Below are positions 13,012 to 21,226 of a stretch of 39,818 nt of DNA, piece after piece. The notes under the pieces are model-generated. The model saw only the letters and a list, made by a program, of their open reading frames with translations. It did not search any database and was not told the origin of the DNA. Position 1 is the stretch's first letter. Every line of letters starts with the position of its first letter. This DNA comes from a virus (taxonomy: Duplodnaviria; Caudoviricetes), in IMG/VR virus record IMGVR_UViG_3300030606_000021, positions 1 to 39,818 of that record, one strand, 5' to 3'. The position numbers and the translations under genes were made by a program.

Positions 13012-13379
13012 GGCTGTATCAATCCGTAGTAGCGAACGTCGTCTTTCGTGAGTTGAAACACGCGCTCTGGCTCGCGGCCCAATAACATGGCTTCCCGCTC
13101 CCAATCGCGATACGACCCACGACACATGGAGACGGAAAACCGTAGGGCAGCGAGGCGCTCCTGGCTGATATCGTATCCGATGCACTCGGGCTTGTCCTGC
13201 CACCAGTGCCGCTTGGTGTTTTGTTTGCGCAGTTCATCCAAAGCCGTTTCGACTTCAATCGCCGTTCGTTCACCGTTTTCTGCCTGCGCGATACTCGACT
13301 CCGCCATGCGCCGGCACGCCATGACGATGTCGCTCCCTGTGAACGGGAATGTCCAGTTGTCGCGTCCGGCTTGCGTCAT
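13008..13379 (-). CDS. hypothetical protein
   Basis: ATGA coupling at 13376-13379 (ORF 13008..13526). Confidence 0.65.
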   Translation of the reverse strand: MTQAGRDNWTFPFTGSDIVMACRRMAESSIAQAENGERTAIEVETALDELRKQNTKRHWWQDKPECIGYDISQERLAALRFSVSMCRGSYRDWEREAMLLGREPERVFQLTKDDVRYYGLIQP

Positions 13380-14062
13380 GGTCCGATCAACTCCGATAGG
13401 GGCCAGTATTCGTCGGCGGGGTGAATTTCCAGAGCGGGATTTCCCAGTTCGCCAATCCATGCTTTGTGCTTCGACGATTGGCCGACGTTTCCGATGAATA
13501 GGTAGCCGGTGGTTCCGCGCATACATCGCACCAAATAAGTCAACGAGTAGCCGTCGCAGTCTCTCGCTTCAGGCATCCTCTCCCCCGCCTTCGTCGGCTT
13601 AAGGAAGGTGCGCTGAGCGTGAGTCGAAGCGGGATCGGTGGTCGCCACGTTGTCGCCTGCCGAGACTGCTTCTCGAATCGCCTCACGCGCGGCCTCTGCC
13701 TCTTGTTTGGTTGGAGGTTCGTACTCCGCACCGGACTGGCTGAAAAATCCGCGCGGCAGGTCGAACTTGTCTTCGACTTCCGCTTTCGACATCACACGGC
13801 GCGGGAAGGGTGGGTCGTCGTCTGTTGTGTCGGCCGTTTTCTTCGGCGCGAACTCATTTTGCCTGCGCGCAAACTCGATGGCCTCAGCGATGGCGTAGTG
13901 CTCGCGCACGTCGTCCGCCAGAGCCTCCCACGCCTCGAACGTGTGCTCGGATGTTTGTCCGCCGTTCACCCACCATCTTTCCGTTGTTTTGCGGTGGGGC
14001 GATCCTCCCAGGTTTTCGCAGGCGCGAATTGCCGCCACCTTCACTTGTTCGTCAGTCAGCAC
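13376..14062 (-). CDS. hypothetical protein (228 aa)
   Basis: AAGGAGG ribosome-binding site. Long ORF. Confidence 0.75.
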   Translation of the reverse strand: MLTDEQVKVAAIRACENLGGSPHRKTTERWWVNGGQTSEHTFEAWEALADDVREHYAIAEAIEFARRQNEFAPKKTADTTDDDPPFPRRVMSKAEVEDKFDLPRGFFSQSGAEYEPPTKQEAEAAREAIREAVSAGDNVATTDPASTHAQRTFLKPTKAGERMPEARDCDGYSLTYLVRCMRGTTGYLFIGNVGQSSKHKAWIGELGNPALEIHPADEYWPLSELIGP

Positions 14063-14229
14063 GTTACTTCCCTCCTTCGATGGCTTCGGTCACGCGGCAG
14101 AACTGCGCGATCAGGTCGATGTAGTGCTGACGCCACGTCGGGCTGCTGATACGGCGGCAGTCCACGAGGCCGTCGGGCCGCACGCCTCGCTGGTCGCACA
14201 GCTTCTCCGCCTCTTCCTCGATGGTTCGT

Positions 14230-14520
14230 TCAGTCAGCAGCATGGCCGTCCTTTTTCTCTGGCATTACAACGTAAGAATGCGGGTCCATTACGATCTCTG
14301 CTGCTACCCCTAGTCGATTCTGTTCTGCTTCGTGCAAGCCGTACAGGTCTTCCGAAAGTTGCCGCGACCACTCGTTCTCTTCCTTACTCATTTCGCCGAG
14401 CGGGCCGTCCATTTCGTCGCGCAGTCGCTCGGCGCGCGGACCGTCGTCTCGGCCAGCCTCCATTTCTTCGTGGAGGGCCACCAGCAGCACGACGAATCGG
14501 CGAAGGGCTTCACTGGGCAT
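14230..14520 (-). CDS. hypothetical helical protein (96 aa)
   Basis: Tiles in the minus-strand run. Confidence 0.65.
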   Translation of the reverse strand: MPSEALRRFVVLLVALHEEMEAGRDDGPRAERLRDEMDGPLGEMSKEENEWSRQLSEDLYGLHEAEQNRLGVAAEIVMDPHSYVVMPEKKDGHAAD

Positions 14521-14529
14521 GGCCTGTTC

Positions 14530-14793
14530 CTATCGCTTACGTGCCACCCGCCGCACAGCGCGCCCGTTCTGCCGCGCCGGCGACGCCACGTTAATCGGCT
14601 TCACGCCCAGCGCTCGCTGTACTTCGTCCAACGATTCGGACACGTCCACCGTTACGCTGCTGGCCAGCACGATGCGCGTCACGCCGTCCGGGTAGTCTTT
14701 GCTGGGCAGTATGGTGAGCAGCAGTTTCCAGTCGTCGCAGTTGACGAGACAGGGGCGGTTCTGCACGGCGTTGGTGAGTTGCAGTATGGTCAT
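14530..14793 (-). CDS. hypothetical protein (87 aa)
   Basis: ATGA coupling. TRIVL...VDVSESLDEV resembles small FlbD-like beta-rich proteins. Confidence 0.7.
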   Translation of the reverse strand: MTILQLTNAVQNRPCLVNCDDWKLLLTILPSKDYPDGVTRIVLASSVTVDVSESLDEVQRALGVKPINVASPARQNGRAVRRVARKR

Positions 14794-15134
14794 TTCGGCT
14801 TCTCCACTTGCTTCCCGGATTGGTGTAGCTTGCTATGCAGCGCTTTTAGTAATCGGTCGAGTTTTCGTGGCGGCATGCGGGCCAAGTCATTCCACGTACC
14901 AACAACAGTCTGCACCAAACGTTCGCTTATGATGGCGGGCGCTTTTTCCCATGCGCCAAGTGTGAGCGGCTCGCCGTTTTTGCTTTCGGCCAGGCCGATT
15001 GTCACGTCGCAATCCGATATGCCTATCGCCTCGCATCGTTTTCTGATGTGGCCTGTGAAGGTGGTGTAAATGCAGCGAAGTTCGCACGTGTCTTTCGCTG
15101 CTTTAGCGCTCCAGTCGATGCTTTTGGCGCTCAC
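14790..15134 (-). CDS. hypothetical protein
   Basis: GTGA coupling at 15131-15134 with a GGAG ribosome-binding site (ORF 14790..15206). Confidence 0.6.
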   Translation of the reverse strand: MSAKSIDWSAKAAKDTCELRCIYTTFTGHIRKRCEAIGISDCDVTIGLAESKNGEPLTLGAWEKAPAIISERLVQTVVGTWNDLARMPPRKLDRLLKALHSKLHQSGKQVEKPK

Positions 15135-15376
15135 TTCGGCTTCTCCGGTTCGCTCAGGTACTTTTCTAGGACTTTCAGCGCTGCGCCGTAGGCTGCATCT
15201 TCGCACTTCAATTGATGATTGGGGGCTAAGGTGCGGACCACTTCGCGGGCGGTTTCGATTACGAATCGCTCGTAGCTGATCTCATTTTCTTCCAGTTGCG
15301 CCAGTCTCTTTTTAGAAGCGCACATCGCTTCTTTTGCGCTGCGGTAGTTCTTGCCGTCGATTGAAGATTCGCTCAT
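15131..15376 (-). CDS. hypothetical protein
   Basis: ATGA coupling at 15373-15376 with a GAGGAGG ribosome-binding site. Confidence 0.6.
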   Translation of the reverse strand: MSESSIDGKNYRSAKEAMCASKKRLAQLEENEISYERFVIETAREVVRTLAPNHQLKCEDAAYGAALKVLEKYLSEPEKPK

Positions 15377-15669
15377 TTCCCGTTCCTCCTCGCTTGCGGG
15401 TGGTCGTTCAGCGCCACGATGAAGCGGCGGTAGGCTTCCATGCTCGTCGCCGAGCCGAGTGGGTGATCGACGGTCTGTAATTGCACGCGGTGCTTGCCCG
15501 TGTTCGGCCGCCCTCGCATCGCGTGTGGTATCACGCCTTGCGTGACCCACAGTCGCACCGTGCGCCATCGCGGACGACCCGGCAGTTGCGTCCGCAATTC
15601 GTTGAGAAGAACGGCGCCTTCTCTCACGATCTGATCGACAGGTACGAAGTGAGTCTGCTTCTTGGCCAC
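15373..15669 (-). CDS. DUF1580-like winged-HTH (excisionase-like) protein
   Basis: LPGRPRWRTVRLWVTQGV...VQLQTV...ATSMEAYRRFI matches my recollection of the DUF1580 pattern. Confidence 0.7.
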   Translation of the reverse strand: MAKKQTHFVPVDQIVREGAVLLNELRTQLPGRPRWRTVRLWVTQGVIPHAMRGRPNTGKHRVQLQTVDHPLGSATSMEAYRRFIVALNDHPQARRNGK

Positions 15670-15812
15670 GGCTCATCCTTGATAGAAAACTTTCGTCGTA
15701 TCCGTGAAGAACCTAGCCTAACGCCCCTGTTAAGTGTGTTCAAGTCCCACATTTTTGCTTATGTCGAACTCTGTCACGCGGAATCCTCGTTGCCCCGCAA
15801 GTGGAGTTTGAC

Positions 15813-17072
15813 ATGGCGAAGTCTGCATCAACCGAACCGGAAATCGACGTGGCCGCCCCCGATCAGGCGACCGATGCAGGGGAACCGATCGACGAAGGCA
15901 TGGCCGGCGACGATGGTTCGCAGCAAAGTCTCGAACAGGAGATGCAGTCCGAGTTGGAATCCCAAGGCGACGGGGAGGACGCGGCCGCCGAGGGGTCCGA
16001 CGCACAGCCCGAACTGGCCGATCAAGCGGCTGCCGAACCGCAGGCACCGACGTGGACCGCCTTCGCCCAAGAGTTGGGCCTGCAAAACGTCGCCAGTGAC
16101 GAGGATGCCCGCCAGCGTTTGGCCGACGCTTTCAGCCAGCGCGAACAAGACGCGAAGCACTATCAGGAAGAACTTTCTCGGGCTTCCTATCTCGCCAACC
16201 AATATCTGGGCCTGCAAAGCAGCCCGGAGTTTCAGGCATACATTGCCCAGCGCGGGCAGCCCCAGGCGCCTGCTGCGCCCGAGCAACCCAAGTCATGGTG
16301 GCAGGCGCCGGAAGTAGACATGGAATTGGCGGCTCGCTATCTGACCACCGTGAAAGACCCGATGACCGGGGAGGATCGCCAGGACTGGAAACCCGGCACT
16401 CCGCAAAACCTGCGCGACGGATACGAGTCTCTGCAAGCGTATCGCGCGAAGTGGGCCGACGAGTTGGTCAATAACCCCAAGGCCGCGATGGACAGGGTGT
16501 TCGACTCCGAGTTCCGGCCACGCGCCGAGTCGCTTTGGGCCGAGATGCGTGAGAAAGAACGTCGCGCTCACTTTGCCCAGGCGGTTGACCAGCGCGATCG
16601 CGACATATTGTACGAAATGCGCGAAGTGGTCGATCCGTATACCGGGCAGAAGGTCAATGAGGTGGTGCGCGATCCGTATACAGGTCAACCCCGAATTAGT
16701 GAACGCGGCGCTCGGATCGCCTCCTATATGGAGCGCCACCGCGCCAACGGAATCGAAGACCCGTCTGTCCTCTATCAGTACGCTCTGCGCGACGAAAAGC
16801 TTGGCGCCTTTGAGGAATGGTGGCGGCGGCAGCAGTCGGCGGGCAATGGCGCGGCGGCGCCTTCCGCACCCGCGCCTCCGCAGCCCAGCGCGGAAGACCA
16901 GATGCGCAGCGGCGCGGAAACCAAGCGGCGCGACGCCATGTTGCGTGGAACCGGCAACGCCCCCAGTCGTCGGTCGCAGGCCGCCGCTGCCGATGCGGAT
17001 GACTACAACGACAATCTTTCGCTGGAACAGAACCTTCGTCAGGAGTTCCAGCGGCAGGGCATTTTTAACTGA
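15813..17072 (+). CDS. probable capsid scaffolding protein
   Basis: Very acidic disordered N-terminus and helical body. Directly upstream of the capsid gene. Confidence 0.65.
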   Translation: MAKSASTEPEIDVAAPDQATDAGEPIDEGMAGDDGSQQSLEQEMQSELESQGDGEDAAAEGSDAQPELADQAAAEPQAPTWTAFAQELGLQNVASDEDARQRLADAFSQREQDAKHYQEELSRASYLANQYLGLQSSPEFQAYIAQRGQPQAPAAPEQPKSWWQAPEVDMELAARYLTTVKDPMTGEDRQDWKPGTPQNLRDGYESLQAYRAKWADELVNNPKAAMDRVFDSEFRPRAESLWAEMREKERRAHFAQAVDQRDRDILYEMREVVDPYTGQKVNEVVRDPYTGQPRISERGARIASYMERHRANGIEDPSVLYQYALRDEKLGAFEEWWRRQQSAGNGAAAPSAPAPPQPSAEDQMRSGAETKRRDAMLRGTGNAPSRRSQAAAADADDYNDNLSLEQNLRQEFQRQGIFN

Positions 17073-17103
17073 CCGAACCTAACCCTCTAGCCGAGAACCA
17101 GAC

Positions 17104-18261
17104 ATGACAGGCTACCAAGGCTTTACCAACACTCCGCACGAACGAGCTGCCTACACCACGATGGCGCGCCACTTCAAGAAAGTGGAGCCCGCCATGCTTC
17201 GTGCCACCAAGGCACTAGGTCTGGTCGAGAAGGCTGGCGGCGTGGAGTTCAATTCGGTGTCCGTCGAAATGGCCGGCGGCGGAGAAGGCTTTACTTGGCC
17301 TGTTGAAATGCGTCTGCCAGACGTGGTGGGCAACACGGGAGAGGGCGCACGTCCCTTCACTCGCGATAGCTTCCACGACAAAGCGGCCATCGAATTTCGC
17401 GGCTACCAATCCACCGCGATGATGTACAAGAAGGAGTTTCTGTCCAACCGAGGACCGTCGGCCGTGGTGAACATCTACGGCACGATGGGGCGCCGACTGG
17501 AAATGGCGATGAAGCAGGCGTTCGGCACCAAGGTCTACAAGAACGGCAACCTGACCAACACCGACTGGCATGGTTTCGAGACTCTGTTTGAAGCCACCCA
17601 GACCATCCAAATCAATGCTGCTGGCGCCACGGGCCGAACCGCCAACGTGCTCGATCTGTACGGCTATCCCGACGGCGAGTACGCCAACATCGTGACCGAC
17701 CTGGGCGGAGCGCAGGGGGGCAGCAACGAGTCGGGCCTGACGTGGCCGGACGGTCTGGCCACGCCCCAGTTCGATTTCTGGTCCGCGCTGATCCTGAACT
17801 ACACCAGCACGGAACTGGGCGCCAGCAACACCTGGGCCGAGCAGGCCGATCTGGCCATTGCTCGACTCTTGGACGACTTGGCCCGCAACGCGCTTCCGGA
17901 CGGCCAGCCGACGGTCTGCCTGTTGGCGCGGAACCTGTGGACGCCGTTTAAGAACCTACACCGCGACAAGGAACGCATCCAGATTACGGATTCGCTCAGC
18001 CTGCGCGCGCTGGGCTTCCGCGACGTGATCGAGTTCGACGGCGTGGAAGTTTCGACCGATCCCGGCGTGCCGAGTTCGGTCGGTTACGTTTTCAATCCGA
18101 AGTGCATCCGGATGCGCGTGCTGACGGATCGGCTGATCGACCTCGACAAGCCGGAATACCGAATCGAAGACCAGTCGTATCTGTGGGCGGCGGACACTCA
18201 CTCGAACATGGAATTCCGCAGTCCGCGCAACTTCGGAAAGCTGGTTTCCCTGGCCGGTTAG
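17104..18261 (+). CDS. major capsid protein (HK97 fold)
   Basis: 385 aa, follows the scaffold. C-terminal LGFRDVIEFDGVEVSTDPGVP..VGYVFN...SPRNFGKL is typical of capsid proteins. Terminator follows. Confidence 0.85.
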   Translation: MTGYQGFTNTPHERAAYTTMARHFKKVEPAMLRATKALGLVEKAGGVEFNSVSVEMAGGGEGFTWPVEMRLPDVVGNTGEGARPFTRDSFHDKAAIEFRGYQSTAMMYKKEFLSNRGPSAVVNIYGTMGRRLEMAMKQAFGTKVYKNGNLTNTDWHGFETLFEATQTIQINAAGATGRTANVLDLYGYPDGEYANIVTDLGGAQGGSNESGLTWPDGLATPQFDFWSALILNYTSTELGASNTWAEQADLAIARLLDDLARNALPDGQPTVCLLARNLWTPFKNLHRDKERIQITDSLSLRALGFRDVIEFDGVEVSTDPGVPSSVGYVFNPKCIRMRVLTDRLIDLDKPEYRIEDQSYLWAADTHSNMEFRSPRNFGKLVSLAG

Positions 18262-18268
18262 TAACACG

Positions 18269-18320
18269 AAGCCCTTCTCACAGAGCAGGCGGGCCCCTCG
18301 CTGGCCGAGAAAGGCTTTTT
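18269..18320 (+). terminator. terminator-like hairpin after the capsid gene
   Basis: AAGCCCTTCTC...GAGAAAGGCTT-TTT. Confidence 0.55.
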
Positions 18321-18322
18321 CA

Positions 18323-18898
18323 ATGAGCATTCCCGAAGTCAAGCTGCCTGTTCCGCGTCAGGTGCAGGATTGCAGCGAGTGCGGAAATTCGTACTCGCTC
18401 GACGAGACGCACTTCCATCGCGACGCCAGCCAGCCTAACGGTTTTCGGCGAGTGTGCCGAAGTTGCCGTTCGCTCCAACGGCAAGAGTTGCGGCTGAAAG
18501 CCATCAACAAGCAGATTGAGCGCATTAAGCACGAGGGCTTCGAGACGCTGCGCAAGCTGCCCGCAACCGGCGGAAGCGCCACGCCACACCTGCGCGAGCT
18601 GTTGCAACTGTACTGCCAGGCGTTTGGCGGGCCGGCCGGCTGGATGCGGTCCATGTACGCCGACTACCTCATGGAGAAGGGGGGCACCGCGCGGCAGCGG
18701 TATCACCAAATGGGCCTGAACCTTGCCAGGTGGGCCACCCAGTCCGGCGCCGTGAAGGCGGACTTCTCCGACATGGACGAGGAAGACATTCGCCGCGAGT
18801 TGGATGAATCGCGAACCCGCACACTCAAGATCGCCCACACCCCCGAGCAACCAAGCATTGACCACCTACAACGAAACGATCAAGCGCGAGTGGGCTGA
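18323..18898 (+). CDS. Zn-finger protein, possible terminase small subunit
   Basis: CSECG...FHRDASQPNG...CRSCR Zn finger. Immediately upstream of and overlapping the large terminase. Confidence 0.55.
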   Translation: MSIPEVKLPVPRQVQDCSECGNSYSLDETHFHRDASQPNGFRRVCRSCRSLQRQELRLKAINKQIERIKHEGFETLRKLPATGGSATPHLRELLQLYCQAFGGPAGWMRSMYADYLMEKGGTARQRYHQMGLNLARWATQSGAVKADFSDMDEEDIRRELDESRTRTLKIAHTPEQPSIDHLQRNDQARVG

Positions 18899-20651
18899 CA
18901 AAGAGGCTGACGCGGCCTTTGCCCAAACGGTCGAGCAGGACTTGCTCACCGAATACCAGCAGCAGCGCGAGCGTGCGCTGGCCGCCGAGCTTGCGCGCCG
19001 GGACATTGACGCGCTGCGTTTGTACAGTCCGATGCCGCTGCAAGAGGAATTCCATAAGTGCCGCGCGCGAGAAATCGGCTTCGAGGGCGGCGTGCGGTCG
19101 GGGAAGACATTGGCCTGCGCCGTGGAGATTGCCCGCGCGGTTCGCAATGAAGACCCGCACGGCAAATACCGCAAGACGGCTGGTTTCGTTGGAATCGTCG
19201 GTTTCAAGGAAGACCATATCTCGCTGACGGTCTACCCGACGCTGTTCAAGGCTGGCGCCTTCGACATCATCCGTGACGCCACGACCAACAAGTGGCGGAC
19301 GTTCGATCCGGTGACGGACGCCGACCGGTTCGATGAAAAGAAGCCGGCCCCGCCGCTGATTCCGCCGCGATTCATCAAGGAAACCGTGTGGGAGAAAAAG
19401 GCGCAGGGCGTGTTCAAGATCGTGCGCCTGAAAAACGGTTGGGAGATTCACGCCTTCTCGTCAAAAGCGCTGCCGGCCAAAGGATTCAGCGCGGACATCT
19501 TCTGGTTCGACGAAGACATCGAAAACGAGCAGTGGTTCTACGAGGCCACGAGCCGGATCATGCAGCGCTGCGGTCGCATCTTCTGGTCGGCCATGCCGGA
19601 GGACCAGAACGACGCGATGATGCTTTTGTGCGACCGTGCCGAAGAGGACGAGGGCAAGGACAATCCTGATTCGGTGGTCTTTCGCGCGAGCGTGGCCGAC
19701 AACCGATACATTCCGGCGGACGCCGCGCGGTTCTCCATGCGCGTGTGGCATTCCAAGGGGGAAGACGAATACGTCAAGCGTGCGCTGGGACAGCGATCAG
19801 CGACGCGCCTGATGTACCCCGGATTCGCCACCTTCATCCACCGCGCCTGCAAGCCCCTCACGAATGACGAACTTCGTGCAGAAGCGGATGGCGTTCCGCT
19901 GCGGACGAAAATCCAGAAGTTTCTCACCGAGCGCGAGGGCGAGCCGGGTGAGGACTGGTGTCGCTACGCCTTCTTCGATCCCGGCCACACGGTCGCGGCA
20001 GTGATTATGTTGGCATCGCCTCCTCCGCACTGGGGCGATTACGTCGTGGCCTACGACGAAATTCACCTACGGGGCGCCATCGCTTCCACTCTGGCCGACC
20101 TGTTCGCGCCCAAAGCCAAGAGCTACACGTTCCAAGCGTTCTTTATGGACATGCACGGCGGCAAGCTGGCCGACCTGGCTACCGGTGTGCAACCAGCGTC
20201 CGTGTACTCCGACGAACTCAGGTCGCGCGGTGCGCGGAGTGTCGATACCGGCTGGTACTTTCTGCCGGGCAGCGACAACAAGCAGGGCCGCCAAATGCGT
20301 TTGCGGGAATGGCTCGCCATCCGACCGGACGGCACACCGAAACTGCTGGTTGTTGAGCATCGCTGCCAGATGTTGTGCCAGGAAATGAAGCGCTGCCGCA
20401 AGAAGCGGGCAGCCGACGGATCAATTCTGGATGAGCGCGAGGGCCGTCGCGGAGACACCGTGGATTGTTTGGAAATGGCTGCCGCGCACGGGTGCGCTTA
20501 CGTGAAGCCTCGTATCAGCATTACTCGACCGGAAACTCTATCTGCTCGCCGGAAGCGCCGCCAGCGCGAGCGCGAGGAGCGACACCGCGCCTTGTCCCTT
20601 CTACACGGCGACGACCATATCGACCTTAACGCTACAGGAGCCCGAGCATGA
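18804..20651 (+). CDS. terL: terminase large subunit
   Basis: YSPMPLQEEFH (Q motif), Walker A GGVRSGKT, Walker B FWFDED, nuclease motifs FFDPG and DTVDCL. The true start may be the TTG at 18858. Confidence 0.9.
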   Translation: MNREPAHSRSPTPPSNQALTTYNETIKREWADKEADAAFAQTVEQDLLTEYQQQRERALAAELARRDIDALRLYSPMPLQEEFHKCRAREIGFEGGVRSGKTLACAVEIARAVRNEDPHGKYRKTAGFVGIVGFKEDHISLTVYPTLFKAGAFDIIRDATTNKWRTFDPVTDADRFDEKKPAPPLIPPRFIKETVWEKKAQGVFKIVRLKNGWEIHAFSSKALPAKGFSADIFWFDEDIENEQWFYEATSRIMQRCGRIFWSAMPEDQNDAMMLLCDRAEEDEGKDNPDSVVFRASVADNRYIPADAARFSMRVWHSKGEDEYVKRALGQRSATRLMYPGFATFIHRACKPLTNDELRAEADGVPLRTKIQKFLTEREGEPGEDWCRYAFFDPGHTVAAVIMLASPPPHWGDYVVAYDEIHLRGAIASTLADLFAPKAKSYTFQAFFMDMHGGKLADLATGVQPASVYSDELRSRGARSVDTGWYFLPGSDNKQGRQMRLREWLAIRPDGTPKLLVVEHRCQMLCQEMKRCRKKRAADGSILDEREGRRGDTVDCLEMAAAHGCAYVKPRISITRPETLSARRKRRQREREERHRALSLLHGDDHIDLNATGARA

Positions 20652-21214
20652 AAGTCAACGACGAATTGCAGCAAGCCATGAACAGTTACCGGCCGCCGCA
20701 CTGTGAGCGCGGTCGCACGGTGCTGTGGTATCCCCACGGAGTGCGCGACCCGAACGTGGCCGGCTACGCGATGGTTCAGAGAGAAGACGACCGAACTTTG
20801 GCAATCATCGACTCGAACGGCGTGAAACGCAGCGCGGTGGGGCACGTTGACGATCCACAGGTCCGGCACCGACCGTCCTACCGCCGAAACGGCGCGTGGG
20901 ATTTCACCGACCGCGACAAGATGATCGACGTGCTTCTGCAAAACTTCCCCACCTTCGACGCAGTGGCCAACCGGTTGGCCGAGCTGGAAGCGGAAGTGGT
21001 GTCGCTGGCGTCGCGGATCGACCCGGCGACTGACGCCAAGGCGAAACCGACACGCAAGGCGACCAAGCCCAAGCAGTCGGGTCAGGGACAACGCCTGGCG
21101 GCGTACCGGGCGCTGGTGGCCGAGGCGAAAGAACTCGGCATCGAGTGGAAAGGCAAGGCGAAGCAGGCGTGGCTCCAAGAGCAGATTGCCGATCGCAAGG
21201 GGCAGCCGGTCTGA
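20648..21214 (+). CDS. hypothetical protein (188 aa)
   Basis: ATGA-coupled to terL. Confidence 0.75.
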   Translation: MKVNDELQQAMNSYRPPHCERGRTVLWYPHGVRDPNVAGYAMVQREDDRTLAIIDSNGVKRSAVGHVDDPQVRHRPSYRRNGAWDFTDRDKMIDVLLQNFPTFDAVANRLAELEAEVVSLASRIDPATDAKAKPTRKATKPKQSGQGQRLAAYRALVAEAKELGIEWKGKAKQAWLQEQIADRKGQPV

Positions 21215-21226
21215 ACGTAACAACGC

